This document shows positions 19,084 to 29,827 of a stretch of DNA of 64,000 nt, in pieces. A program made the translations under genes and the position numbers. Positions within the stretch are counted from its first letter, which is position 1. Every line of letters starts with the position of its first letter. The notes beneath the pieces were generated by a model. That model had not been told where the DNA came from. It saw only the letters and a program-made list of their open reading frames with translations, and made no database searches. The stretch comes from an uncultured Chloroflexia bacterium (GTDB lineage: Bacteria; Chloroflexota; Limnocylindria; Limnocylindrales; CSP1-4): assembly GCA_963833225.1 (NCBI GenBank), contig CAWHXD010000007.1, forward strand, positions 192,001-256,000, in the 5' to 3' direction.

Positions 19084-20526
19084 ATGCGCTACGAGTCGGC
19101 GCTCCTGTCTCCCGACGAGGTGGCGCGCGTCCACGAGACGTCCCTGCAGATCCTGGCCGACGTGGGGCTGCGCGTTCACGGCGCCGTGGCGCTGCCCCTG
19201 CTGGCCGATGCCGGCGCGGAGGTGGACGCCACGACGGGAACCGTGCGGATGCCGCCGTCGCTGGTGGAGACGGCCCTCGCCCGGGCGCCCCGCTCGTTCC
19301 TGCTCGGGGCGCGGAACCCGGACCATGACCTTCCGGTTCCCGCGGGTCGGACCCGGTTCGCGATGGATGGGACCGCGGCGTTCGCGCGCGACTTCACGAC
19401 CGGGGAGCGGCGGTACGGGACCCGCCAGGACACCGTGGACGCGATGCGGGTGTTCCAGGCGTGCGATCTCGCCGTGATGGGCTGGCCACCGGTCGCCGCC
19501 AACGACAAGCCGGTGGCATCGCGGCCGCTCCACGAGTTCGCGGCCATGCTCACGACCCTGTCCAAGCACGGCCAGCACGAGCTGCACCGTCGGGACCAGG
19601 CCGCGTACCTGGGTGCCATCATCTCGGCGCTCGCGGGCGGCGAGGCGCAGGCCAGGGAGCGGCACGAGGCGTCGGTCGTGTACTGCCCGGTGGCCCCGCT
19701 CGTCCACGACGGCGAGATGCTCGACGCGTACCTCGACCTGGGCCGCTGGGACGTCCCGGTGTGCGTGCTGCCCATGCCCGTGCCGGGGACGACCGGTCCC
19801 GCGTCGGTGCTGGGCAACATCGCCCTGGCCAACGCGGAGGCGCTCAGCTCGCTGGTGATCTTCCAGGTCGCGAACCCAGGCCGGCCCGTGATGTATGGCT
19901 CCGCGGTGGGGTCCATGGACTTCCGGTCCGGGGCGTTTCTCGCGGGGACCCCGGAGATGGGCATCCAGTCCGCCGCGCTGACGACGATGGGTCGCTTCTA
20001 TGGCCTGCCGACGATGGCCGCCGGATGCGCGACCGATGCCCACGACACGGGCGCCGAGGCGTGCATCGAGAAGCTGGTGACGATGCTGCCCGGCATCTCG
20101 GCCGGGGCCGATGTGCTGGTGGGCTACGGGGAGCTCGACGGGGACCAGACGCTGGTCCTCGAGCAGATCCTGGTGGACAACGAGCTCGCCCACCTCGCGC
20201 TGCGGCTGTTCGGCGGCGTGGACGGGCGGGACGGAGCCGAGCTGTTCGCGGACGTGGCCGAGGTGGGGCCCGGTGGCAACTTCCTGGCCATGCCCGCGAC
20301 CCGGACCGCGGCCCGCAGCGGCGAGTTCTACGAGCCGGCGCTGATCGGCCGCGCGAGCTACGACGCGTGGCACGCGCTTGGCAAGCCCACGATGTACGAC
20401 CGGGCCCGGGAGCGGGTCCGCGAGATCCTGGCGGGGCCGGTCGTTGACCCGGTTCCCGAGTCGGTCCAGTCCGAGGTTGACGGGATCCTCGCCGCTGCCG
20501 ACGAAGCGCTCCGCGAGGAGGCGTAG
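19084..20526 (+). CDS. MttB-superfamily methyltransferase, non-pyrrolysine
   Basis: RVHETSLQIL, LGARNP, CPVAPL, GTTGPAS, MDFRSG, MGRFYGLP, VGPGGNFL; no in-frame TAG. Confidence 0.9.
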   Translation: MRYESALLSPDEVARVHETSLQILADVGLRVHGAVALPLLADAGAEVDATTGTVRMPPSLVETALARAPRSFLLGARNPDHDLPVPAGRTRFAMDGTAAFARDFTTGERRYGTRQDTVDAMRVFQACDLAVMGWPPVAANDKPVASRPLHEFAAMLTTLSKHGQHELHRRDQAAYLGAIISALAGGEAQARERHEASVVYCPVAPLVHDGEMLDAYLDLGRWDVPVCVLPMPVPGTTGPASVLGNIALANAEALSSLVIFQVANPGRPVMYGSAVGSMDFRSGAFLAGTPEMGIQSAALTTMGRFYGLPTMAAGCATDAHDTGAEACIEKLVTMLPGISAGADVLVGYGELDGDQTLVLEQILVDNELAHLALRLFGGVDGRDGAELFADVAEVGPGGNFLAMPATRTAARSGEFYEPALIGRASYDAWHALGKPTMYDRARERVREILAGPVVDPVPESVQSEVDGILAAADEALREEA

Positions 20527-20646
20527 TCCCGCGCCGGAGTCGCGCCCGGCGGCGCTGCCGGGACCTCGCGGTCCCCGGCTTCCGCGGCATGATCGACGGG
20601 TGTGGTTGCGGCGCGGTCGGGGCGCGAGCGCGCTACCCTGCCTGCC

Positions 20647-21234
20647 ATGACCAGCGAAGGAGCCGCGCTCGATCAGGGTGTCGAGCCGGACGGTGATGAC
20701 GGGCGACTGTTCTGCTACCGCCACCCAGACCGCGAGACCTGGGTCCGCTGCGGCCGTTGCGACCGGCCGATCTGTCCGCGGTGCGCCATGCAGGGTCCGG
20801 TGGGCTTCCGCTGCAAGTCGTGCGGCAAGCCCGCCTATGACCCGCTGACCTCCCTCAAGCCGGCGCAGGCCGTGACCGGCGGCCTCGTCGCGGTCGGCGC
20901 CGGAACGCTGGGCGGCCTGATCGGGCTGCAGCTCGGCTTCTTCATCATCATCGTCGGGTTCTTCGCCGGCGGCCTGATATCGGACCTCGTGATGCGGTTC
21001 ACGGGCTACAAGCGCGGGCCGGCAATGGCGGCGATCCTGTTGGGCGGGATCGCGATCGGGACGGTCATCGCCTTCGGGATCTCGTACGGGCTGACGCTGG
21101 TGCAGTACGCCCAGCGCGGAGAGGGCGCGGCGGTCATCTACCCGTTCCTCTCGTACCTGGTCGACCAGGGCGTGTGGGCGATCGTCTACGCCGGCGCGGC
21201 GATGGCCGGAGCGTGGGGGCGTCTCCGGATCTGA
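20647..21234 (+). CDS. Membrane protein with N-terminal B-box-like zinc finger
   Basis: CYRHPDRE...CGRCDRPICPRC...CKSC followed by about four hydrophobic segments. Confidence 0.75.
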   Translation: MTSEGAALDQGVEPDGDDGRLFCYRHPDRETWVRCGRCDRPICPRCAMQGPVGFRCKSCGKPAYDPLTSLKPAQAVTGGLVAVGAGTLGGLIGLQLGFFIIIVGFFAGGLISDLVMRFTGYKRGPAMAAILLGGIAIGTVIAFGISYGLTLVQYAQRGEGAAVIYPFLSYLVDQGVWAIVYAGAAMAGAWGRLRI

Positions 21235-21443
21235 GGTCCCGAACTTGCGGAACCTCCCCCGGGAGCCGCCACGCGGTTCAACGGTCCGGCCCGGCTGACG
21301 TCCGTGCCGGTGCGCGGCACGGGTGTTGCCCGGGGCGACGACACACCTGACGATTGTGCCCCCGGACGATGCATTCGTCGGGCGCGGCGGACCGTTGATC
21401 CGCTGGTCGGGTGGCCACCCGAGTGGCTGCGGCGCCGAAACGC

Positions 21444-22493
21444 TCAGCGGAGCGCCACGCCCACCTCTCCCGCCTCCACGTGGCCCACCCGCCACGCCGC
21501 CACGCCCGCGGTCACGAGGTCCGCGAGCACGGCCTCCGCATCGGCCGGGGCCACCGCCGCCAGGAGCCCGCCCGAGGTCTGCGGGTCGTGCGCCAGCGCG
21601 ACCAGCTCAGGGTCAACGCCCGCGCCGACGGTCAGCGCGGTCGCGGTGAACCGGCGATTGTGGCCGGCGCCACCGGTCTCCATGCCGGATCGCGCCAGGT
21701 CCAGTGCCCCGGCGAGCGCCGGCAGGGCTGCGGCATCGAACACCAGCCGCGCCCCGGAGGCCCGCGCCATCTCCAGCCCGTGACCCAGCAGCCCGAACCC
21801 CGTCACGTCGGTCGCACCGCGGACGCCGTGGCGCGCAAGCACCTCCGATGCGGCTCGGTTGAGCGTCCGCATCTGGTCGATGGCGACATCGAGGTCCGCG
21901 TCCGAGACCAGCCCGGACCGCCGGCCGCTCACGAGGAGCCCGGTCCCGAGCCGCTTCGTCAGCAGCAGGACGTCCCCCGGGCGCGCGCCACCCTTGCGGA
22001 ACAGCCGGTCCGGGTGCGCGGCCCCGATCACGGCGAGGCCGTACTTCGGCTCCCGATCGCTGATCGTGTGGCCGCCCGCCAGCACGCCGCCGGCCTCGCG
22101 GACCTTGGCGGCCGCCGCCTCGAACACCGCCGCCAGCGCGAGCTTCGGGAAATCCTCGGGAAAGGCCGCGATCGAGAGCGCGAACAGGACGCGCCCACCC
22201 ATCGCGAACACGTCGGACAGCGCGTTGGCGGCCGCGATCTCCCCGTAGGCGACCGGGTCGTCGACCAGGGGTGGGAAGAAATCGAGCGTGCCGATGATGG
22301 CGAGATCGTCGCTCACCCGGTACGCGGCCGCGTCATCGGGCGGCTCAAGCCCCGCGATGAGCGCGGGGTCGTCGCTGGCCCCCAGGCCCGCCAGCGCGTC
22401 GGCGAGCAGGTCGGCTCCCAGCTTGGCGGCGCAGCCGCCGCAGTCGGTCATGTCGGTCAGGTGGATGGGCGGCAGGACGGGACGCTCGAGCAT
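21444..22493 (-). CDS. selD: Selenide, water dikinase (selenophosphate synthetase), Cys form
   Basis: DCGGCAAK, DDAAAY, TLDFFPPLVDDP, ANALSDVFAMGG, GGHT, TDVTGFGLLGH, DPQTSGGLL. Confidence 0.96.
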   Translation of the reverse strand: MLERPVLPPIHLTDMTDCGGCAAKLGADLLADALAGLGASDDPALIAGLEPPDDAAAYRVSDDLAIIGTLDFFPPLVDDPVAYGEIAAANALSDVFAMGGRVLFALSIAAFPEDFPKLALAAVFEAAAAKVREAGGVLAGGHTISDREPKYGLAVIGAAHPDRLFRKGGARPGDVLLLTKRLGTGLLVSGRRSGLVSDADLDVAIDQMRTLNRAASEVLARHGVRGATDVTGFGLLGHGLEMARASGARLVFDAAALPALAGALDLARSGMETGGAGHNRRFTATALTVGAGVDPELVALAHDPQTSGGLLAAVAPADAEAVLADLVTAGVAAWRVGHVEAGEVGVALR

Positions 22494-22560
22494 CAGGCGA
22501 TCATAGGCGCCTCCACCGCGGTTGCGCAGGCGTAGCATCTGACCGGAGGTGTCCGACCGA

Positions 22561-23456
<896 letters not shown>

Positions 23457-23467
<11 letters not shown>

Positions 23468-24251
23468 CGTGTTCGCCAAGACGCTGTGGGATCAGCGGCG
23501 GGCGCTGCTCGGGTGGGCGATCGGGATCACGGCCGTGGGCGTGCTTTACGCCGCCTTCTACCCGGTGATCAACGTGCCCGGCACGGCGGCATTCATGGAG
23601 TCGTTTCCGCCCGCGATCATGGACGCGATGGGCTTCACGGACTTCATGTCGCCAGCCGGCTACCTGGGTTCGACGACGTACGGGCTGCTGGGCCCGATCC
23701 TGGTCGTGGTGATGGCCGCCTGGGCCGGCGCCGCGGGCATCGCCGGGGAAGAGGAGTCGGGCCGGCTGGACCTCACCCTCGCCCATCCCGTGTCGCGCTG
23801 GTCCGTGCTGGCCCAGCGGTTCGGCGCCGTGATCGTGGAGATGCTCGTCGTGATGGGTCTGCTGGCCGTGGCCGTGATCCTGGTCTCGGGCCCCGCCGAG
23901 CTCGGCGACATCGGTGCTGCCAACATCGTGGCCGCGTCCCTCCACCTCGCCGGGCTCGGGATCGTGTTCGGGGGCCTGGCGCTGGCCGTGGGGGCCGCCA
24001 CCGGGCGGCGCTCGTTCGCCTACGGCGTCGTGGCGATCGTGGGGGTCGCCGCGTTCTTCGGCAACAACCTCGGACCGTCCGTCGAGGGCCTGGCCTGGCT
24101 GCGCGATGTGTCGCCGTTCCACTACTACTCGGGCAACGCACCGCTGCGGAACGGGATCCAGGCCGGGGACCTCGCGGTCCTGCTCGCGGCGGCGGCGGCG
24201 CTCGTGGGGCTCGGCGGGGTCATGTTCGACCGGCGGGACATCGCCGTCTGA
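23457..24251 (+). CDS. ABC-2 type exporter permease
   Basis: Multi-TM; IAGEEESGRLDLTLAHPVSR, SPFHYY, C-terminal FDRRDI. Confidence 0.88.
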
Positions 24252-24320
24252 GGCAGCGACGCGCGAGTCCGCCCCGGTGCCTGACCCGGGCGGCTCGACG
24301 CGCTACGCTGCGGGACGCGG

Positions 24321-24417
24321 GGGAGCGGAGGGGTCCCGGTGGGCTCCCTGGTCTTCAAAACCAGTGGCGCGGCGCCCGGCGTCGCGCGGTGGGTTCGACT
24401 CCCATGCGCTCCCGCCA
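24321..24417 (+). tRNA. selC: tRNA-Sec (anticodon UCA)
   Basis: GGGAGCG/CGCTCCC acceptor stem with G discriminator and encoded CCA; long D stem with 4-nt loop; CTGGT-CTTCAAA-ACCAG anticodon arm; long variable arm; GTGGG-TTCGACT-CCCAT T arm. Confidence 0.95.
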
Positions 24418-24448
24418 CCTCCCCGGCGCCTCACCCGGCTCACCCGGC

Positions 24449-24646
24449 TCAGCCGGCGGACTGCTTGCCCGGGGCATCGCGCCCGGGGGCCTCGACCCGC
24501 CGGGCGTTGGCGAGGACCGCCTCGCGGGTCGCCGTCATGTTGTGCAGGCGCTGGCCGTGCTCGATCACGGCGTCCACGACCTCGTCCACGGGGCCGGTGA
24601 CCTCCCAGCCGCAGGCGCATCTCGTCGTCAGGATCTCGGGTTCCAC
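24449..24646 (-). CDS. Small putative metal-binding protein (DUF1059-like)
   Basis: GAGGAGG RBS; CACGW...DEVV...EHGQRLH pattern; 65 aa. Confidence 0.6.
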   Translation of the reverse strand: MEPEILTTRCACGWEVTGPVDEVVDAVIEHGQRLHNMTATREAVLANARRVEAPGRDAPGKQSAG

Positions 24647-24656
24647 CGCCACCTCC

Positions 24657-25160
24657 TCAGCCCAGGTTCCGGAAGGGCTCCGGCACGTAGCCGGCGAGCA
24701 CCTCGCGCCAGCCGGGCGGCAGCTCGGCCGCCACGACGGGATCGTCCTTGGCGAGCCACGCCATGTGGCGCAGCCCGTGCTCGATGACCTGCTCCGACGC
24801 GACAGCCCGGGGTGCCGCCGTCGCCTCGCCCCGCGCAAGCTCGCTGCGACCCACGGGAAGGCTCTCCATCGCGCCGACCAGCGACGGGTCGATGACGGCG
24901 ACGAAGCTCAGGATCACCGCGTCCCGGTCCCGGCGCCAGGACGTGGAGTGGACCAGGAGCGGCTCGCCGACGGCGTCGCGGACGAGCCGCGCCACGACGT
25001 CCACCGGATGATCCGCGGCGCCCACCTCCACGAGCCACGGGGCGGCACCGCAGGGGCCGGTGATCTCGAGGTGGTCGCCGGCGAGCCAGACGACGAAGAT
25101 CTCGGCCTGGACTGGCCCCTCGACATCGAACGCCACACGCCAGGGCTCCACGCGCGGCAT
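24657..25160 (-). CDS. Conserved hypothetical protein, possibly a degenerate Nudix-like fold
   Basis: Good codon bias, operonic with mttB; LLVHSTSWR and EHGLRHMAWL motifs; no canonical Nudix box. Confidence 0.6.
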   Translation of the reverse strand: MPRVEPWRVAFDVEGPVQAEIFVVWLAGDHLEITGPCGAAPWLVEVGAADHPVDVVARLVRDAVGEPLLVHSTSWRRDRDAVILSFVAVIDPSLVGAMESLPVGRSELARGEATAAPRAVASEQVIEHGLRHMAWLAKDDPVVAAELPPGWREVLAGYVPEPFRNLG

Positions 25161-25192
25161 CGTACGCCAGCGGGTCCGGCTACCCGGTCCCG

Positions 25193-26647
25193 CTACCCGC
25201 CCAGCTCCGCGTCCGCCGCCGTCACGATCCGGCGCAGCTCGGCCGCCTCGAGGTCACCCAGGGGCTCCGGATGGTGCTCGCGGAGCAGCCGCGCCACGGT
25301 CGATCTGGCCACCTCCCGCGCCTCGATGGCGGATCCGTCCTCGGCATGCCGGCCGGTCACCGAGGAGAAGCGCATCGCGCGCAGCCCGCCACGGGTGTGC
25401 TCCTGGTACAGGAAGTGCCCACGCGGGCCAACGTCGCGCACGATGCCCAGTGCCAGCGCCGAGGGGCTGGTGTCCAGGCCGGCCAGGTTGACCCGGACTC
25501 GCTCGTGCAGGTCCGCGTCCAGCACGATCTGCTCGTGGTACAGGACGGTGCACGCGTCGAGCAGCCCCATGCCGCTGCCGGTCTCCGCGCCGAGCAGCCC
25601 GCACAGGGTGAGGTTCACGGCCGATTCCGCCGCCACCTGCCAGCCGGGCTCGGGCGCGTCGGTCCCGAACACCCCGGCCAGGGTGGGCACGCTCCAGGCA
25701 TGCGCGATCTCCACGCCGGCGCCGTAGGCGACCTCGCCCGACATGGACGTGGACAGGTAGCCGCCGGTCCGCGGGTCCATCACCCCGGTCATCAGCGAGT
25801 GGAAGACCGGCGCTCCCGGGTGGACCAGCTGGAGCAGCACGAGCGCGGCGATGATCTCGGCGTCCCCCTGGACCAGGGTCCCGGCGATCGTGGCCGGCCC
25901 GGTCGAGCCGGCGTTGGCCATCGACATGATCCCCACCGGGATGCCGGCCTCGGCGAACACCAGGGCCGCCTCCATGCCCTCGTCGTCCTGGGCAAGGGGG
26001 GAGATCGCGCAGATCAGCGACGACAGAGGTGGGCGAGCTCGCATGGCGGCCTCGGAGCCCGCGATGACCCTTGCCATCTCGACCGCGACGCGGGCCATGG
26101 AGGCCCCCACGACGGTCTCGGTCTGGACGTGCTTGACGGTGCCCGAGAACGAGGCGAGCAGCTCGTGGACCGGGGCCGTCGCCGGGTGATCCGACGCGGA
26201 CACGATCGGCCAGTAGAACCCGACCGCGGGCAGCGCGTCCGCCACTCGGGCCATCGCCTCGACGTCGGCGAGCACGGACGGGCGAAGGTCGCCGCTGTCC
26301 GGGTCCACGACGCGGATCCCCGAGCCGTCGGTGGCGACGTACAGCGCCGAGCCGTCGAGGAGCAGGTCGAACCCCGGCTCGCGGCCGCCGAGGGTGTACG
26401 CGCGTGGCGCCCGGGCCATGGCGGAGAGCACCAGCTCCGGTGGCAGCCGGACGATCCGGGTGGCCCGGTCGACGAGCGCCCCATGCGCCTCGTACAGCGC
26501 GAGCACGTGGTCGGACGGCACGTGGACCCCGATGGTCTCGAGGATCTCGAGCGTGCCTGCGCGCAGGTCCGCCAGCTGCCCGTCGTCGAGCAGCCGCAGC
26601 CGGCGGGCCGACCGGATCGGCGCCAGCGGTGGCGTGATCGGGGCCAT
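25193..26647 (-). CDS. MttB-superfamily methyltransferase, non-pyrrolysine
   Basis: TLEILETIGV, TVKHVQ, CAISPLAQD, GSTGPATIAG, MDPRTG, VGPRGHFL, HHPEPL. Confidence 0.9.
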   Translation of the reverse strand: MAPITPPLAPIRSARRLRLLDDGQLADLRAGTLEILETIGVHVPSDHVLALYEAHGALVDRATRIVRLPPELVLSAMARAPRAYTLGGREPGFDLLLDGSALYVATDGSGIRVVDPDSGDLRPSVLADVEAMARVADALPAVGFYWPIVSASDHPATAPVHELLASFSGTVKHVQTETVVGASMARVAVEMARVIAGSEAAMRARPPLSSLICAISPLAQDDEGMEAALVFAEAGIPVGIMSMANAGSTGPATIAGTLVQGDAEIIAALVLLQLVHPGAPVFHSLMTGVMDPRTGGYLSTSMSGEVAYGAGVEIAHAWSVPTLAGVFGTDAPEPGWQVAAESAVNLTLCGLLGAETGSGMGLLDACTVLYHEQIVLDADLHERVRVNLAGLDTSPSALALGIVRDVGPRGHFLYQEHTRGGLRAMRFSSVTGRHAEDGSAIEAREVARSTVARLLREHHPEPLGDLEAAELRRIVTAADAELGG

Positions 26648-26651
26648 GCCG

Positions 26652-28127
26652 CTAGCCCAGCGCGCCCTTGGCCGCGTCGAGGATCCGCGTCAGCTCGGCC
26701 GCCTTGGTCGCGTCGAGCGGCTCGGGGTGGTGGTTCTCGCTGACCCACGCGGCCCGTTCGCGAGCGACCTCGACCGGGTCGCGATACCGGTTGTTGACCA
26801 GGTCGTGCTCCAGGCCGCGCTTGAGCGCCAGCTTCATGTGCTTGCGCGTGTGCTCCTCGGCGAGGTAGTGACCGCTGGGGCCGACACTCGCGATGACGTC
26901 GAGCGCGAGCGTCTCGTCGCTGATGTCCATCTCCATCAGCGCATACCGGGCCCGCTCGTAGAGCTCGTAGTCCAGGAAGATCCCCTCGGGGTAGAGCACG
27001 GTGTAGGTGCGGTCGAGGCCGAGACCCGTGACCAGCTCGGCGCCGGACAGCCCGCCCAGCAGCGGATCGAGCGCCACGTCGGACGCGGCCAGCCACGTCC
27101 CGGCGGACGGCGAATCGGTGCCAAAACAGGCGGCCATCGACGGCAGTCCCCAGCGGTGCGCCATCTCCACCGGCGCGTAGCGGGCCCGCGAGTCCATGGA
27201 GTAGCCCACGTAGGTCCCGGTCCGGGGGTCGGCCCAGGCCTTCATGATCGAGTGGAACACGGGCGCGCCCGGGTAGGCCAGCTCGAGGAGCACGATCCCC
27301 GAGATGACCTCGGCGTCACCGACGACCAGCGCGCCCGCCGACGTCGAGGGCGCGGTCGTGCCCAGCGTGGGCATCGACAGGAAGCCGACGGGGATCCCGG
27401 CCTCGGCCATCACCAGCGCCGATTCGAGACCCGCATGATCCTGCGCCAGGGGTGCGATCGAGCACACCAGGTTGGACAGGACCGGGCGCTTGCGCAGCGC
27501 CTCCGCGGAGCCGGCGACGACGGTCGCCATCTCCACCGCGAACCGGGCCGCCTCATCGCCCATGACCATGGCCTGGAAGTGCTTGACCGAGCTGTTGTAG
27601 CCGGCGTCGATCTCGTGGAGCTGCGACGTCCGCCCGTAGTCCTGCGCCGACACAGTCGCCCAGACGAACCCGATCCCGGGCAGCCAGTCCGCGACCCGCG
27701 CCTGGCGCGCGAGGTCCTCCTTGCGCGACGGCCGCTCCTCGCGGGTCACCGGATCGACCGCGGTGACGCCACAGCCGTCGAGGGTGTAGTAGGACACCCC
27801 CTCCTCGAGGACCAGGTCGAAGGCCGGGTTGCGCGCCGCCAGCGTGTATGAGCGCGGCGCACGGGAGACCGCCTCCCGGACGATCTCCCGCGGGAACTTC
27901 ACGATCTGCGTCGCGCGATCCACGGCGCAGCCGTGATCGCCGAGGATCTCCAGCGAGCGGTCGTTGGGGAAGCGGACGCCCACGTCCTCGAGGACCGCGA
28001 GGGTCGCATCCTGGAGCCGGTCGAGCTGGGCGTCGTCGAGGAACTGCAGCCGGCGGCTGGTCCGGATGGGCTCGAGCGGCGGGGTGGCGCTGAAGGTCGC
28101 GCTGCCCGTCTCCATCGTGCTGGTCAT
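26652..28127 (-). CDS. MttB-superfamily methyltransferase, non-pyrrolysine
   Basis: TLAVLEDVGV, SVKHFQ, CSIAPLAQD, GTTAPST, ADPRTG, VGPSGHYL; ATGA overlap with the permease. Confidence 0.9.
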   Translation of the reverse strand: MTSTMETGSATFSATPPLEPIRTSRRLQFLDDAQLDRLQDATLAVLEDVGVRFPNDRSLEILGDHGCAVDRATQIVKFPREIVREAVSRAPRSYTLAARNPAFDLVLEEGVSYYTLDGCGVTAVDPVTREERPSRKEDLARQARVADWLPGIGFVWATVSAQDYGRTSQLHEIDAGYNSSVKHFQAMVMGDEAARFAVEMATVVAGSAEALRKRPVLSNLVCSIAPLAQDHAGLESALVMAEAGIPVGFLSMPTLGTTAPSTSAGALVVGDAEVISGIVLLELAYPGAPVFHSIMKAWADPRTGTYVGYSMDSRARYAPVEMAHRWGLPSMAACFGTDSPSAGTWLAASDVALDPLLGGLSGAELVTGLGLDRTYTVLYPEGIFLDYELYERARYALMEMDISDETLALDVIASVGPSGHYLAEEHTRKHMKLALKRGLEHDLVNNRYRDPVEVARERAAWVSENHHPEPLDATKAAELTRILDAAKGALG

Positions 28128-28948
28128 GGTCTTGTCGCCTCCTGGGCCCGGTTGCTGGCGATTCGGCGGGTCCGCCTGGACGTGTACCAGGTGGCCCCCA
28201 GGATCGCGACACCGGTGGTCACCACCACGATCGTCGAGATCGCGTTGATCTCGGGCGTGATCCCGAACCGGATCCGCGAGTAGATGTAGAGCGGCAGCGT
28301 GGACGAGCCGACACCCGCGTTGAAGGAGGTGATGATCAGGTCGTCGAACGACAGCGCGAAGCTGATCAGCGCTCCGGCGGCGACCGCCGGAGCCAGCAGC
28401 GGCAGGGTGACGTGGAGGAACGCCGCGGCGGGCGTCGCCCCGAGATCGCGGGCTGCCTCCTCCATCCGGGGGTCCAGCGACACCGCCCGCGCGCGGACGA
28501 TGATCGCCACGTAGGAGATCGAGAACGCGATGTGCGCCACGGCGATCTGCAGCACCGATCCGTTGGCGTTGAACAGCAGCGCGAAGAACAGCAGCAGGCT
28601 GATGCCGATCACCACCTCGGGGGTGACCATCGGCAGCAGGATCAAGGTGTCCGCCACGGCCGCCCCGGAGCTCGATCGGAGGCGGGCCAGGCCCAGGCCC
28701 AGGAGCGTCCCGAGCAACGTCGTGACCACGACGGAGATCGCGGCGACCTGGAGCGTGATGTACAGCCCGTGCATCAGGTTCCTGTCGCCGAACAGCTCCG
28801 GGTACCACTTCAGGGTGAACCCCTGCCACGCGAACACGTCCTTGGCATCGTTGAAGCTGAAGATGATCAGGATCAGGATCGGGGCGAACAGGAACACGTA
28901 GACGACGCCCGCGAACAACGACAGCCAGCGATTGCGGTCGCGCGCCAT
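28124..28948 (-). CDS. potC: Polyamine-type ABC transporter permease (PotC/PotI-like)
   Basis: FLFAPILILIIFSFN, EEAARDLGA, LSFDD, TPEINA. Confidence 0.88.
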   Translation of the reverse strand: MARDRNRWLSLFAGVVYVFLFAPILILIIFSFNDAKDVFAWQGFTLKWYPELFGDRNLMHGLYITLQVAAISVVVTTLLGTLLGLGLARLRSSSGAAVADTLILLPMVTPEVVIGISLLLFFALLFNANGSVLQIAVAHIAFSISYVAIIVRARAVSLDPRMEEAARDLGATPAAAFLHVTLPLLAPAVAAGALISFALSFDDLIITSFNAGVGSSTLPLYIYSRIRFGITPEINAISTIVVVTTGVAILGATWYTSRRTRRIASNRAQEATRP

Positions 28949-29793
28949 CAGCCGATCACCTCGCGCCGCAGGACGCGCAGGAAGGCGAGGGTCCCGGCGA
29001 TCGTCCCGAGGATGAGCAGGAAGCTGAGGGCCGCCCCGAACGGCCAGTCGCGGCTCGTCATGAACAGCATCTGGATGACCTTGGCGATCGTGATCGTCTG
29101 GGCGCCGCCGAGCAGGTCCGGCGTCACGAAGTCACCGATCGAGGGGATGAAGGTCAGCAGGGCCGCGGCGATGATGCCCGGCATCGTCAGGGGCAGCGTG
29201 ACGTGCCGGAACGCCGCCCGGCCGTCCGCATACAGGTCCCGGGCTGCCGCCACGAGCTCCGGGTCCAGGCGGTCGATCGAGACGTACAGCGGCAGGATCG
29301 CGAACGGCAGGAACCCATAGGTCATGCCGAGCACGACCGCAAAATCGGTGTTGAGGATGGTGATCGGCTCAGTGGTCATCCCGAGCCCTGCCAGGACGCC
29401 GTTCAGGACCCCGTCGTCGCCCAGGATCATCATCCAGGCGTAGGTGCGGATCACCCAGCTGGTCCAGAAGGGGAGCATGACGAGAACGAGCAGCAGCACC
29501 TTGCGCCGGCCGCCGTAGCGGCTGATCCAGTAGGCGACGGGGTAGGCGATCGCGATCGAGAAGAGCGTGGTCAGGGTCGCGTAGCGCAGGGAGTTGAAGA
29601 CCGTGGGCAGGAAGTCCGGCTCGAGGGCTCGCAGGTAGCCCTGTGCCCCCAGGTGGTCGAAGACCACGCCACCGTACTGGTCGCGGGTCCCCAGGCTGAC
29701 CACGAAGATGATCGCCAGCGGGAGGGCAAAGAACACGACCAGCCAGGCCATGCCCGGTACCAGGAAGACCGCGTCCCGCGCGCGACCGTGCAT
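28948..29793 (-). CDS. potB: Polyamine-type ABC transporter permease (PotB/PotH-like)
   Basis: AYPVAY, LPFWTS..IRTYAW, LPFAILPLY, GDFVTPDLLGG, DWPFGAA. Confidence 0.88.
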   Translation of the reverse strand: MHGRARDAVFLVPGMAWLVVFFALPLAIIFVVSLGTRDQYGGVVFDHLGAQGYLRALEPDFLPTVFNSLRYATLTTLFSIAIAYPVAYWISRYGGRRKVLLLVLVMLPFWTSWVIRTYAWMMILGDDGVLNGVLAGLGMTTEPITILNTDFAVVLGMTYGFLPFAILPLYVSIDRLDPELVAAARDLYADGRAAFRHVTLPLTMPGIIAAALLTFIPSIGDFVTPDLLGGAQTITIAKVIQMLFMTSRDWPFGAALSFLLILGTIAGTLAFLRVLRREVIG

Positions 29794-29827
29794 CGTCGAG
29801 CCCCTCGTCCTGCCCCGCCGCGGGTGG

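Noticed and set aside
19084-19328. 245-bp same-strand overlap of mttB-1 with mttB-2
   Set aside because: The extension is low-complexity and a TGA sits at 19078-19080 just before the next ATG; most likely an indel
24418-24460. selC as an island integration site, with CTCACCCGG x3 just downstream
   Set aside because: No integrase and no duplicated tRNA 3' end seen in the window; the 9-mer repeat is too short to interpret
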